A DNA stretch of 64,000 nucleotides from Candidatus Hydrogenedentota bacterium. Its GTDB lineage: Bacteria > Hydrogenedentota > Hydrogenedentia > Hydrogenedentales > CAITNO01. This document shows, piece by piece, positions 37,528-48,362 of this stretch. The translations under genes were made by a program, and so were the position numbers. Where the stretch lies: NCBI GenBank assembly GCA_903893795.1, contig CAITNO010000074.1:18766-82765 (forward strand). Reading direction: 5' to 3'. Under the pieces are notes generated by a model. The model saw nothing but the letters and a program-made list of their open reading frames with translations. It did not search any database and had not been told where the DNA came from. Numbering within the stretch: position 1 is the first letter of the stretch; the number at the start of each line of letters is the position of its first letter.

Positions 37528-37992
37528 ATGGAAATCCATAGGTTGCGTATTTTCGTTCCGCTCTTGCTGGTGGCGGCCCTCGCCGTGACCGGTTGCGCCA
37601 CCCGTCCCAAGCCCAATGGGCGGGACTTCCGCAAGGGATTTCAGCGGACCATGGAGGTCAGCGCCTACGATTCCTGCAAGAAATGCACCAACTGGAAGCG
37701 CAACTGGCTGTTCCGGCCCGTGGTGGCCAAGGGTCCCGAAAAGGGAAGACCCAAGAAAGTGGGTGTTACCGCCAGCGGCACCAAGGCCGAAGAGGGCACC
37801 ATCGCGGCGGACACGTCACGATATCCCTTCGGGACGGTAATGTACGTACCGGGATACGGATATGGCCGGGTCGAGGACCGTGGCAAGTCGATCAAGGGAG
37901 ATTCCAAAATCGACATTTACTTCGACAAGCACAAGGAGGCCCTGCACTGGGGTCGCCGCAACGTCCCCGTAAAGGTGTGGCTCCCCAAATGA
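37528..37992 (+). CDS. 3D-domain lipoprotein
   Basis: lipobox LAVTGC; VSAY, TASG, IAAD...PFGT.MYVPGYG.GRVEDRG..IKG..IDIY. Confidence 0.88.
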   Translation: MEIHRLRIFVPLLLVAALAVTGCATRPKPNGRDFRKGFQRTMEVSAYDSCKKCTNWKRNWLFRPVVAKGPEKGRPKKVGVTASGTKAEEGTIAADTSRYPFGTVMYVPGYGYGRVEDRGKSIKGDSKIDIYFDKHKEALHWGRRNVPVKVWLPK

Positions 37993-38203
37993 TACCCTTC
38001 CTTTGTTTTTGTCTGATTATGCGCAGTTGGCGCAACATGCGCGCACGCCAAGCCTGAGTAACATTTCCCTCTCCTGACCCGCGCCAATCACCCAAGCCAT
38101 TTCCAGCCATATTGCATCCCGTATTCTGTTCTTCTTCTTGCCTTATATTCCTCATTCCTAATTACCTCGTCCTTCCACCACCGCAAAAGGGGGAGCCCTG
38201 CCC

Positions 38204-39679
38204 ATGAATCTCAACCGCCTCCGCCGCCGTCTGCGCGACCGCGGCGTCCCTCCCGAAGGTCTCGACCACTGGCTGGCCATGGCCAGCCGCGAGGAATTCA
38301 CCCGTCAGCACTTCGCCACGTCCGGCAGCGCCCCCTGGCAGGTGCGCGACTACCAGCGCGAGTCGCTGGAATCGCGGGCCCCGCGCAAGGTGCACTGCGA
38401 CGGCCGCGACGTGGGCAAGACCACCGAAATCGAAATCACCGTCTGCTGGGCCGCGCTGGCCTGTCCCGGCAGGGAAATGCTGGTGGCCACCCAGTGCGAA
38501 AACCATCTCTACCCGCTCATGCACCGCATCTGCCGCCGCTTCGAGACCATTCCCCTCATCGCCTCGTCCATGATCGAGATGCGCCGCACCCCCTCCTGGC
38601 ATTTCCGCTTTGCCAACGGGTTCACCCTGTGGGGCCGCATCGCGGGGCCGCGCGGCGTCAATTTCCAGGGCATGCACGTCGACTGGCAGGTCGTCGACGA
38701 GGCGCAGGAACTGACCGAGACCGCCTGGGGCGAACTGCTCCAGGCGCTCAACGCGGGCGGCCGCCGCTGGGTCTACGGCGTGCCCAACGGCCTGCGCAAC
38801 AGCTTCCACCGCATGACGCAGGACCGCAGCGCCGTGCAGTTCAACTGGCCCTCGACCATTCATCCCGACTACAGCCCCGAAAAGGACGCCGAATTGGTCC
38901 GGCTCTACGGCGGCAAAGATTCGCCCGGCTACATCCACCGCGTGCTGGGCCTGCACGGCGAGCCCGCCCGCGGCGTCTTCTTGCTCGACGATTACCAGGC
39001 CTGCATCGACCCCGCGCTGCCCGTGGCCTCGCTCGTGCTGCGCGGCGACGACCCCTTCGACCCGCCGTTGCCCGAACAGCCCGGCCGTTACTATCTCGGC
39101 TGCGACCTCGGCTATGCCCGCGACCCCTCCGAATTCGTCGTTTACCGCGATGCGCCCCCGCACCTGGTCAATGTGCTCCGGGTGCGCCTTGAGGGCGTAA
39201 ACTACGCCCGGCAGGAGGACATCATCGTCGCCCTCGACCGTGCCTGGGGTTTCACCGCCATCGGCATCGACGCGGGCAACAACGGCCGCGCTGTCACCCA
39301 CCGGCTTATGACGCGCGGCGAGGCGTGGTGCGCAAAAGTGCATGCCTTTGAGTTCGGCAGCGTCATCGACGCTGGCATCCTGCCCGACGGCACCCCCGCC
39401 CGCCGCCGGACCAAGGAGTTCATGACCGACCTGCTTCGCACCCGTATGGCCGAGCGCACCCTGGTCTTTCCCGCGCTACCCGACCGCGAGGCCGAATACG
39501 CCTCGCACACCTGCACCACCGACGCCCAGGGCCGTGTCCGCTACGACAAAGGCGATGACCACCTCATCGACGCCGACCGCTGCGCCCTGCTGGTGCAGTA
39601 TCTGGACAGCGCCGAATTGGCCCCCGGCCCCGCCGTGATGCCGCCGCTGGTGCTGCCCTTCCGCATGCCGGGGGGATGA
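38204..39679 (+). CDS. terminase large subunit-like ATPase/nuclease (orphan)
   Basis: RDYQ adenine-binding motif, GRDVGKT Walker A, VVDEAQ Walker B, LGCDLG..RDPS, GIDAG and DDHLIDA RNase H-like acidic motifs. Confidence 0.8.
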   Translation: MNLNRLRRRLRDRGVPPEGLDHWLAMASREEFTRQHFATSGSAPWQVRDYQRESLESRAPRKVHCDGRDVGKTTEIEITVCWAALACPGREMLVATQCENHLYPLMHRICRRFETIPLIASSMIEMRRTPSWHFRFANGFTLWGRIAGPRGVNFQGMHVDWQVVDEAQELTETAWGELLQALNAGGRRWVYGVPNGLRNSFHRMTQDRSAVQFNWPSTIHPDYSPEKDAELVRLYGGKDSPGYIHRVLGLHGEPARGVFLLDDYQACIDPALPVASLVLRGDDPFDPPLPEQPGRYYLGCDLGYARDPSEFVVYRDAPPHLVNVLRVRLEGVNYARQEDIIVALDRAWGFTAIGIDAGNNGRAVTHRLMTRGEAWCAKVHAFEFGSVIDAGILPDGTPARRRTKEFMTDLLRTRMAERTLVFPALPDREAEYASHTCTTDAQGRVRYDKGDDHLIDADRCALLVQYLDSAELAPGPAVMPPLVLPFRMPGG

Positions 39680-39761
39680 CCGGACTATCCGCCGTAACGA
39701 CCGCATAAAGGAAGATGCTTCCAGCCTCTTTCCTGCAATGACGCACATTGGTGCGGGAAGA

Positions 39762-39784
39762 ACGCGGCAAGATGCCGCGTCTAC
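39762..39784. repeat. GTAG-type REP hairpin
   Basis: acgcggc-aagat-gccgcgt-ctac. Confidence 0.55.
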
Positions 39785-39872
39785 GTTGAGCCCACATCCC
39801 CGCAGATGCGCGCAACAGGCCGGGGCGTGTAGAATATGGACGTAACCAACCCCCTTGGAAAGAGACCGTTCT

Positions 39873-40649
39873 ATGTTAGCCAAGCGAATTATCCCCTGCC
39901 TGGACGTGGCCGACGGCCGCGTGGTGAAGGGCGTGAAGTTTCTGGGACTGCGCGACGCGGGCGACCCGGTGGAGATCGCCAAGCGCTATGACGAGGAGCG
40001 CGCCGACGAACTGGTGTTCCTCGACATTCGCGCCTCGACGGACAACCGCGACACCATGCTGGACGTGGTGCGCCGCACGGCGGAGCAGGTGTTCATGCCG
40101 CTGTGCGTGGGCGGCGGCATCCGCACGATTGAGGACATCCGCAAGATGCTCAACGCGGGCGCCGACAAGGTGTCGGTGAACACGCCGGCCATCGAGAACC
40201 CCGAATTCATCACCCGGGCCGCGGGCCGTTTCGGCGCGCAGTGCATCGTGGTGGCCATCGACGCGAAGAAGCGCCCGCCCGAAGAGGGTGGCGGCTATTA
40301 CGTGAAGAGCCACGGCGGCCGCGACGGCGGCCGGGCCACCGAACTGGAACCGGTGGAGTGGGCCATTGAGGCCGAGCGCCGCGGCGCGGGCGAAATTCTC
40401 CTGACCTGCATGGACTGCGACGGCACCAAGGACGGCTACGACATCGAGCTGACGCGCAAGATTGCCGACAGCGTGAGCATCCCCGTCATTGCGAGCGGCG
40501 GTGCGGGCAATCTGGACCACCTGCGGGCCGCCCTGCAGGAAGGCGGTGCCGACGCGGCCCTGGCCGCCTCCATCTTCCACTTCCAGGAAACGACCATCCG
40601 CGAGGCGAAAGAGTATCTGGCGGCCCACGGAGTGCCGGTGCGGTTTTGA
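39873..40649 (+). CDS. hisF: imidazole glycerol phosphate synthase cyclase subunit
   Basis: [50 protein letters not shown]. Confidence 0.97.
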   Translation: MLAKRIIPCLDVADGRVVKGVKFLGLRDAGDPVEIAKRYDEERADELVFLDIRASTDNRDTMLDVVRRTAEQVFMPLCVGGGIRTIEDIRKMLNAGADKVSVNTPAIENPEFITRAAGRFGAQCIVVAIDAKKRPPEEGGGYYVKSHGGRDGGRATELEPVEWAIEAERRGAGEILLTCMDCDGTKDGYDIELTRKIADSVSIPVIASGGAGNLDHLRAALQEGGADAALAASIFHFQETTIREAKEYLAAHGVPVRF

Positions 40650-40746
40650 AGCGTCGGGCGGAAATGCCTGCCGGGGATACCGATAACTGGTCGAAGCCTG
40701 TCGCAGGCAATTGAATACGGCATAAGCGAAGGCAGCGAAATGCTTT

Positions 40747-40959
40747 AAGTCCCCCTTTGAAGGGGGATTTAGGGGGATGTCGGCCTTGCGCAGTGCGCAA
40801 TATCTTGCATCGCACGGCGTTCCTGTGCGATTCTAATGACAGTTTGGTTTGCCTTGGGGCATACACCCCCCGGCCCTTCGGGCCACCCCCCTCAAGGGGG
40901 GACTGGCCGGAGGCCTTGGTGAACGCCCAAAGTTCGACAGGCGAGGGCGCCTGTCCCAC
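40747..40959. repeat. cluster of REP-like elements between hisF and trpE
   Basis: 40747-40780 matches 9282-9315; 40855-40902 matches 52647-52693; hairpin gacaggcg-aggg-cgcctgtc-ccac at 40936. Confidence 0.75.
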
Positions 40960-41113
40960 ACTCTCTGTGCAGGAGACACGATGTTCCCTATCGATCAACA
41001 GGTCTGGCGATGGCGCGGCGCAGCCGCTAACGCATAAGCTCCGCCTGATTTCCCCTTTTTCTGTTGACTCGATTTGGCCGCCCATGGCGGCATGACCATA
41101 AAGGAACATCCCC

Positions 41114-42600
41114 ATGATTTATCCCAGCCTCGATGAATTCCGCAAGATCGCCCGGCCCAATGCCGTCGTGCCGGTCTACAAGGAAATTCTCGCCGATCTT
41201 GAAACGCCGGTCACGGCCTATCTCAAAATATCGCGCAGCCAGCAGTTCGCATTCCTCCTTGAAAGCGTCGAAAAGGCCGAGGTTATCGGCCAGTACTCCT
41301 TCCTCGGCGCCAACCCCTCCATCGTGTTCCGGTCCAAGGGCCGCCACGGCGCCATCATCCGCAACGGTGTGGAGGAAAGCTTCGAGTCCGACAACCCGCT
41401 CCGCGAACTGCGTGCGCTCATGGCGCAGTATGAGCCCATCAAACTGCCGGGCCTGCCCGCGTTCCACGGCGGCGCCGTGGGTTACCTGTCCTATGACCAG
41501 GTGCGCTTCTTCGAGAAGCTGCCCGACACCAACCCCGACCCGCTCAACCTGCCCGACCTCTACTTCATGATCACCGACACCATTGTCGTATTCGATCATG
41601 TGAAGAACAAAATACAGATTGTGTCCAACGCCCACTGCAACGACAACGCCGACGCGGTGTACAACGAGGCGGCCCGAAAGATTTACGAGATAGAGCAGAA
41701 ACTGCGCGGCCCGCTGGTGGTCAGCACCGAGCGCCTGCACAACGCGCCCGAAGAGGACGTGACCCCCGAGTCGAACTTCACCCGCGAGGCGTTCTGCCAG
41801 GCCGTCAGCAAGGCGAAGGAGTACATTAGCGCCGGCGACATCTTCCAGGTGGTGCTATCGCAGCGCTTCCGCCGCAACGTGGGGGCCAGCCCGGCCAACC
41901 TGTACCGCGCGCTGCGCTGCATCAACCCGTCTCCCTATATGCTGCTGGTCCAGTTCCCCGAGTTTGCCCTGGTCGGCTCCAGCCCCGAGGTGATGACCCA
42001 GGTGAAGCAGGGCACCTGCATGGAGCGGCCCATCGCGGGCACGCGCAAGCGCGGCGCGACGCCGGAGGAGGACCTGGCCCTCGAAAAGGACCTCATGGCC
42101 GACGAAAAGGAAATCGCCGAGCACATCATGCTCGTCGATCTCGGCCGCAACGATGTGGGCCGCATCAGCCAGCCCGGCACGGTGGCGCCGGTGCCCGGCA
42201 AACTGATGGTCGTGGAGCGCTACTCCCATGTAATGCACATCGTCAGCGAGGTGGCGGGCAAAATGAAGCCCGACTGCGACGCCTTTGACGCCATCGAGGC
42301 GACCTTCCCGATGGGCACCGTCAGCGGCGCCCCCAAAATCCGGGCCATGCAGATTATCGACGAACTGGAGCCCGAACGGCGCGGCCCCTATTCGGGCGGC
42401 TGCGGCTATATCAGCTACGACGGAGACATGGACACCTGCATCCTCATCCGCACGATGGTGGTGAAGGACGGCATGGCCTACCTGCAGGCAGGCGCGGGCA
42501 TCGTCTACGACAGTGACCCGGACCGCGAATACGAGGAAACCGTCAACAAGGCCAAGGCGCTGTTCAAGGCCGTGGACTTTGCCGAGAAGGGGCTCGAATC

Positions 42601-42604
<4 letters not shown>
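41114..42604 (+). CDS. trpE: anthranilate synthase component I
   Basis: [54 protein letters not shown]. Confidence 0.95.
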
Positions 42605-43176
<572 letters not shown>

Positions 43177-43270
43177 TTCACCCCCGACACCGGGCCATTT
43201 TTGCCGTCAATCCGAAAGCGGTAAAATATGCGTAAAACCGCAACGGCCAAAAACTTACCGTCCATGGCGT

Positions 43271-43299
43271 TTGACATGGCACAGGACGTGTGCTAAAGT
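43271..43299 (+). promoter_or_regulatory. sigma70-like promoter
   Basis: TTGACA, 17 nt, TAAAGT with extended TG, upstream of the 43353 gene. Confidence 0.6.
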
Positions 43300-43352
43300 A
43301 GCCCTGTTTGGCTCAAGGGTCTTTATCTCGTCCACAGGAGCGTTTTCTTACC

Positions 43353-43952
43353 ATGGCTCTGAACAAAAAACAGCTTAAGATTGTCGAGCAACTGGAGCGC
43401 CGGACTGAACTAACCAGGGAGTTCATGAACGACTGGCTGTTGTTCAATCAGGTCCTCACTTCCTACCCCAATCCGGGCGTGAACAAGGCCCAGTTGGAGC
43501 AGCAGTTTCTCAAGATAAAGAGCAAGCTGGCGCGCGAGCACCGGGTGCTCAAGGATACGCTGGCGAACGACTACACACTTGACGGCAACACGATGAACAT
43601 CGTGAGTGGCGCCACAAGCCTTGAGGCCATCTACGCCCAGTCGGAAGTGGCCCTCAAAAAGCTGCAAACCGAATGGCATCGCGCGTTCATCTCCATCAAC
43701 GAGACCCTGGGCGTGATCGAGGACAAGAAGTCCCGCGCCGAGCGCGGCGAGCGCGTCTTCCTGGCCACCAACGATATGATGGGTGGCGGCGGTGGCGGTG
43801 GTGGCGGCGGTGGAATGAGCTCCAACACCAAGACGTTCCTGATCATTGGGGCGGTGATAGCGGCTCTTGCCATTGTCATCTTTTTCGACATTGGTGGAAT
43901 CGGCACCATGTACAAGAGTGCGCTCGGGATGGGCACCACCATTCCCAGGTAG
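43353..43952 (+). CDS. hypothetical helical protein with poly-Gly linker and C-terminal TM segment
   Basis: AGGAG RBS; heptad-like N-terminus, long Gly run, FLIIGAVIAALAIVIFF. Confidence 0.75.
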   Translation: MALNKKQLKIVEQLERRTELTREFMNDWLLFNQVLTSYPNPGVNKAQLEQQFLKIKSKLAREHRVLKDTLANDYTLDGNTMNIVSGATSLEAIYAQSEVALKKLQTEWHRAFISINETLGVIEDKKSRAERGERVFLATNDMMGGGGGGGGGGGMSSNTKTFLIIGAVIAALAIVIFFDIGGIGTMYKSALGMGTTIPR

Positions 43953-44033
43953 CCGTCATCTGAGGCTGTGCGCCCTTCCGCCCTGTTTCCCGGGAGGCGT
44001 CTTTGGATTGCATTCAGTCGTGAGGAACTTGCG

Positions 44034-44345
44034 TTGACCAAGCGTGAACTTGTGATAGATGTCGCCGAACGGCTGGGCTTCACCCAGAATGAGGTGGCGG
44101 GCGTGGTGCAGACCACGCTGGACAGCATTCTCGAGGCGCTGGCGCGCGGTGACCGGCTGGAAATCCGCAATTTCGGCGTGTTCGAGACAAAGAAGAGAAA
44201 CGCGCGCACCGGACGGAACCCGCGCACGGGCGATGCCGTGCCCATCCAGCGCAAGCGGGTGGTTTCCTTCAAGCCCGGCAAGGCAATCAAGGAGATGGTC
44301 GACGGAAACGGTGAAACTGCCTTGTCAGGAGAGCAGTCAGACTGA
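44034..44345 (+). CDS. HU/IHF family DNA-binding protein
   Basis: TKRELV, LEIRNFGVF, RTGRNPRTG, SFKPGK; TTG start after GAGG. Confidence 0.92.
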   Translation: MTKRELVIDVAERLGFTQNEVAGVVQTTLDSILEALARGDRLEIRNFGVFETKKRNARTGRNPRTGDAVPIQRKRVVSFKPGKAIKEMVDGNGETALSGEQSD

Positions 44346-44460
44346 CTGCCGTGCCGCAAGCCGGGCGCCTGCCGCTCCAGCCGCGCGGATGCGGGGAAAA
44401 CGCCGGGGCTTGGGTTCTTTTTCCGACCCAATTTGACCACACCCAACAGGACGCGGGTTT

Positions 44461-45297
44461 ATGACCGAAGAAGAAGCAAGGATGACCTTTACCGAGCATC
44501 TCGGTGAACTGCGCGACCGCCTGATTAGATCCATGATTGCGGTGGTGGTCGCGGTCATTGCCTGCTACATCTTCTCGGACCGCATATTGGACGTGCTCAA
44601 GCGGCCCCTCGATCCGGTCCTTTCCGGGGCTCTGGCGCCGGGAAACGCCCTTGCAACCCCCGCGTCCAAAACTGGGCCGACCCCGCCATCCTCTGATAGC
44701 GCCTCAAAAGCCCGCCCGTTCAGTTGGACCATCATGAATCCCTTCGAGTCGATTCAGGTGAAGCTGAAGATCGCCTCCTATGGCGGGTTGGTCTTTGCAT
44801 TTCCCTTCATCCTCTGGCAGTTGTGCGCCTTCATTTTTCCGGGGCTCAAGCCCGGCGAGCGGAAACTCGTCAAGGTACTCCTGTTAGGGTGTGCCGGATT
44901 GGGCTTTCTGGGCGTGTCGGTGGCCTATTTTGGCGTGTTTCCGCTGGTCCTCCCGTACCTGCTTGAGTGGACCCCCCTGTGGGTGAACGTGCAGCTTCGG
45001 CTCGACGAGACGCTGACGATCATCGTCAAGTGCCTGGCCGCCTTCGCGCTGGCATTCCAGTTCCCGATGGTCGTGCTGGTGCTGGTCTACATGGACCTGC
45101 TGACGCCGCAGTCGCTGCGAAACTACCGCAAAATTGTGATCGTTTCCCTGTCGGTGGTGGCCGCCGTGCTCACGCCGCCCGACCCGCTGTCCATGACGAT
45201 CATGCTGGTTCCGCTTGTGTTGTTGTACGAGGCAAGCATTTGGATGTCCTACGTCGTGGTGCGGCGCAGGAACCGCACCACTGAATTGCAGCCGTAA
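44461..45297 (+). CDS. tatC: twin-arginine translocase subunit TatC
   Basis: MTFTEHLGELRDRL, FIFPGL...E, AFQFP, LTPPDP, LYE. Confidence 0.95.
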   Translation: MTEEEARMTFTEHLGELRDRLIRSMIAVVVAVIACYIFSDRILDVLKRPLDPVLSGALAPGNALATPASKTGPTPPSSDSASKARPFSWTIMNPFESIQVKLKIASYGGLVFAFPFILWQLCAFIFPGLKPGERKLVKVLLLGCAGLGFLGVSVAYFGVFPLVLPYLLEWTPLWVNVQLRLDETLTIIVKCLAAFALAFQFPMVVLVLVYMDLLTPQSLRNYRKIVIVSLSVVAAVLTPPDPLSMTIMLVPLVLLYEASIWMSYVVVRRRNRTTELQP

Positions 45298-45310
45298 GGA
45301 AAACGCCAGG

Positions 45311-45835
45311 ATGTTCGAGAGTATCGGCTTTAGCGAGATGCTGCTCATTGCGGTCATAGCACTGATTGTGCTTGGCCCGGAGAAGTTTCCCGAATATGCC
45401 AAGATTTTCCTGCGCGCCACGCGCGACCTGCAGGGCTATATCCAGGGAATCCGCGAAGACCTGGCCAAGGAAGTGAACCCGCTCAAGGGCGAATTCGACA
45501 AGCTCAAGCGCCAGGACCCCGAGAAACTGCTCGATGCGCTCATGAAAACCGGCGACAAGGAAGAGAAGAAGCCCGAGCAGAAGAACGACGGCTCCAACGA
45601 ACTTGTGGCCGGCGGCGGTTATGGGTCCGGGTCCGACACCCCCCAGAGCGACGCCGACAGCCACCCCTACACAGAGTCGTCATCCGCCACCGCAACAGAG
45701 GCAAAGCCCGAGCCGCCCGCCGAGTCTGCAGCAAACCCGAATGGTCCGGGCGCCGAAGCGGTGCCTGCGGGCGACAGCGCCACTTCCGCCAAGAACCCCG
45801 ATTTCCACTACGCGCCGCCCGAGCGGATGGATTAG
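45311..45835 (+). CDS. tatB: twin-arginine translocase TatB/TatA family subunit
   Basis: MFESIGFSEMLLIAVIALIVLGPEKFP. Confidence 0.85.
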   Translation: MFESIGFSEMLLIAVIALIVLGPEKFPEYAKIFLRATRDLQGYIQGIREDLAKEVNPLKGEFDKLKRQDPEKLLDALMKTGDKEEKKPEQKNDGSNELVAGGGYGSGSDTPQSDADSHPYTESSSATATEAKPEPPAESAANPNGPGAEAVPAGDSATSAKNPDFHYAPPERMD

Positions 45836-45869
45836 ATTTCAAGAGGGCCAAACCGGCAAGGGAACCGTC

Positions 45870-46859
45870 ATGCAGGAAATGATGGAGCTGATGGGGCAGG
45901 TCAACACGATTGCCAACGCCTACAAGCGGTCCCAAATCCTCTTCACCGCCCTCGACGGAAACGTTTTCACCCTCCTTGAACAGCCCGTCACCGCCTCTTT
46001 TGTCGCCGAAAAAACCGCTTGGGACTTGCGCGGCACCACCATGCTGCTCGACGGGCTCGTAGCCCTGCAGTTGGTGGCCAAGAAGGACGGCGCCTATCAA
46101 AACGGGAAAGCCGCCTCCGCCTGTCTCGTGCCCGGCGCCCCCGCGTGGCAGGGCGACATTCTGCGCCACACCCAGGCAAGCTGGCCCGCATGGGCCGAGC
46201 TTTCCCAGTGCGTGGCCACGGGAAACTGCAGCAACATCCGCGAGCATGAACTTTCCGGCGTGGCCCTCCGCAATTTCATTCTCGGCATGGACAATGTGGC
46301 CTCGTTCAGCGCGCCCGAAGTGCTGCGCAGTCTGGACCTCTCCCGCTACACCAATATGCTCGACCTGGCGGGCGGCCCGGCCACCTACTCGATTGCCTTT
46401 CTGAAGGCGCATCCGCAGATGCGTGCAACACTCTTTGACCGCGCTGCGGTCATCGCCCTTGCGCGGGAAAAGGTGGCGGCGGCCGGCCAGCAGGACCGCT
46501 TTTCCTACATCGCCGGCGACTGCCTGGCGGAGGCTTACGGAGGACCCTACGACATGGTCTTCCTGTCGAACATCATCCACAGCTTCAGTCCGCAGCAGAA
46601 CGTGGCCGTGTTCCGCAGGGCCTATGAGGCCCTGGCACCCGGCGGCTCCATCATCATAAAAGACTTTCTAGTGGAAAATGACCATTCCGGCCCGCCCTTC
46701 AGCCTCATCTTCTCGCTTCACATGCTGGTGCACACGCCGGGCGGGGGCACCTATTCCTTTGAAGAGGTGGGGGAGTGGACAGACCGGGCCGGATTCCTGC
46801 CCGGCCGCGCCCTCTCCGTCACCCAGCAGACGAGGCTTTGGATCGCCGACAAGGGATAA
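45870..46859 (+). CDS. SAM-dependent O-methyltransferase with dimerisation domain
   Basis: LDLAGGP, IAGD, FLSNIIH, LAPGG. Confidence 0.85.
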   Translation: MQEMMELMGQVNTIANAYKRSQILFTALDGNVFTLLEQPVTASFVAEKTAWDLRGTTMLLDGLVALQLVAKKDGAYQNGKAASACLVPGAPAWQGDILRHTQASWPAWAELSQCVATGNCSNIREHELSGVALRNFILGMDNVASFSAPEVLRSLDLSRYTNMLDLAGGPATYSIAFLKAHPQMRATLFDRAAVIALAREKVAAAGQQDRFSYIAGDCLAEAYGGPYDMVFLSNIIHSFSPQQNVAVFRRAYEALAPGGSIIIKDFLVENDHSGPPFSLIFSLHMLVHTPGGGTYSFEEVGEWTDRAGFLPGRALSVTQQTRLWIADKG

Positions 46860-46879
46860 ACAACCAGGAGGACCCTGAC

Positions 46880-48136
46880 ATGCCGAACGAAACCACACGC
46901 CGTGACTTCCTGCGCGCAGCCACCGTGGCCGGCGCCGCCACCGCCATGTCCATGAGCGCGTCCAGCTATGCCCGCGTTCTGGGCGCCAACGACCGGATCG
47001 GCGTCGGCATGATCGGCTGCGGCGACCGCGGCCGCGGCGCCCACATGCCCGGCCTGCACCGCTACGACAAAGCGCAGAACGCGCAGTTTACCGCGGTCTG
47101 CGACGTGTGGACCCCCGTCCGCGAGGAAGCCGCCAAGATGACCAAGGACTGGTACGGGGAGGAGGCCAAGAAGTACACCAGCTTCCGCGAACTGATCGCC
47201 GACAGGAATGTGGACGCGGTCATGATCGCCGCGCCCGACCACCTGCACACCGCCTGCCTCAGCGCCGCGGCGGAGGCCAAGAAGGACGCCTACTGCGAAA
47301 AGCCGCTGGCCCACAGCATGGCGGCGCTGACCTCCACCGTGGACGCGGTCAAGGCGAGCGGCATTGTGGTGCAGGTGGGCACGCAGCTCCGCAGCATGCC
47401 GACCATGGCAGGCGCGCGCGAACTCTACAAGACCGGCGTGCTGGGCAGGGTCGCCCGCATCGAGCAGCAGCGCAACGGCACCCGCCCCTTCTGGTACAGC
47501 AGGCTCAAGGACGCCAAAGCCGCGGACGTGGACTGGAAGGAGTTTCTGGGCTGGGTCCCCGACGAACCCTTCTCCTCCGACCGCTACAGCGGGTGGTACG
47601 GCTACCGCAGCTTTTGCAACGGGCTCATTCCCCAGTTCGGCAGCCACTACATCGACCTGGTCCACTACATCACCGGCGCGGGCTTCCCGCTGAACGCCGT
47701 GTCGCTGGGCGGCACCTTCACCTGGAAGGACGAGCACAACTTCGACGTGCAGGATCAGACGCAGTGCCTGTGGACCTATCCCGAGGGTTTCATGGTCACC
47801 TACTCCACCTATTTCGGCAACGGCAACGGCAGCACCTTCAAGATTTTCGGCGATCAGGCCACCATGGACCTGCTGGAATGGGAGCATCCGTTCATCACCG
47901 ACGAGGGGGCGGGCAAGCCCGACGGGCGCGTGAAGGACAAGAAAATGATCGAGGAGGTGCCCATGCCCGACCACATGCTGGACTGGATCCAGTGCGTCCG
48001 CACCCGCAAAACGCCCAACGCCTCCATCGACGCGGGGTACCAGCATGCCGTGGCTTGTCTCATGGGCGTCATGGCCTGCGACACCGGCAAACGCATGATT
48101 TACGACGCCGAAAAGCGCGAGATCCGCGAAGGCTGA
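46880..48136 (+). CDS. Tat-exported Gfo/Idh/MocA family oxidoreductase
   Basis: TRRDFL, GANDRI..IGCGDRG, PDHLH, AYCEKP, QVGTQ. Confidence 0.9.
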   Translation: MPNETTRRDFLRAATVAGAATAMSMSASSYARVLGANDRIGVGMIGCGDRGRGAHMPGLHRYDKAQNAQFTAVCDVWTPVREEAAKMTKDWYGEEAKKYTSFRELIADRNVDAVMIAAPDHLHTACLSAAAEAKKDAYCEKPLAHSMAALTSTVDAVKASGIVVQVGTQLRSMPTMAGARELYKTGVLGRVARIEQQRNGTRPFWYSRLKDAKAADVDWKEFLGWVPDEPFSSDRYSGWYGYRSFCNGLIPQFGSHYIDLVHYITGAGFPLNAVSLGGTFTWKDEHNFDVQDQTQCLWTYPEGFMVTYSTYFGNGNGSTFKIFGDQATMDLLEWEHPFITDEGAGKPDGRVKDKKMIEEVPMPDHMLDWIQCVRTRKTPNASIDAGYQHAVACLMGVMACDTGKRMIYDAEKREIREG

Positions 48137-48300
48137 GCCCGAAATTCGGGACCGGCGTTCCCGCTTGTCACCGTTGAGAGTTTCCCCATGGCGCCCGCCC
48201 TCGTGGCGGGCGTTTTTCTGCACGTTATTCCGCCAATCCCCAAGAGTTCCCTTCGTTTTTCACTGACAGAATGAAACAGGAAGCCTCGATGCGGTTGCAT

Positions 48301-48341
48301 CAAAAAGAAATCCCCCCGCGCTGTTCGCGCGGGGGGATTTC
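48301..48341 (-). terminator. Rho-independent terminator downstream of rny (possibly bidirectional)
   Basis: gaaatccccccgcg / cgcggggggatttc stem with T-run on the minus strand. Confidence 0.8.
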
Positions 48342-48362
48342 GGCTTGCAAGACTGTTTTGGG

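Noticed and set aside
38000-38027. dif-like site (tgcgcataa on the minus strand)
   Set aside because: Only the XerC-like half matches; no XerD arm (ttatgttaaat).
37990-39860. Prophage around the terminase-like gene
   Set aside because: Flanks are housekeeping genes; no structural, integrase or att features found.
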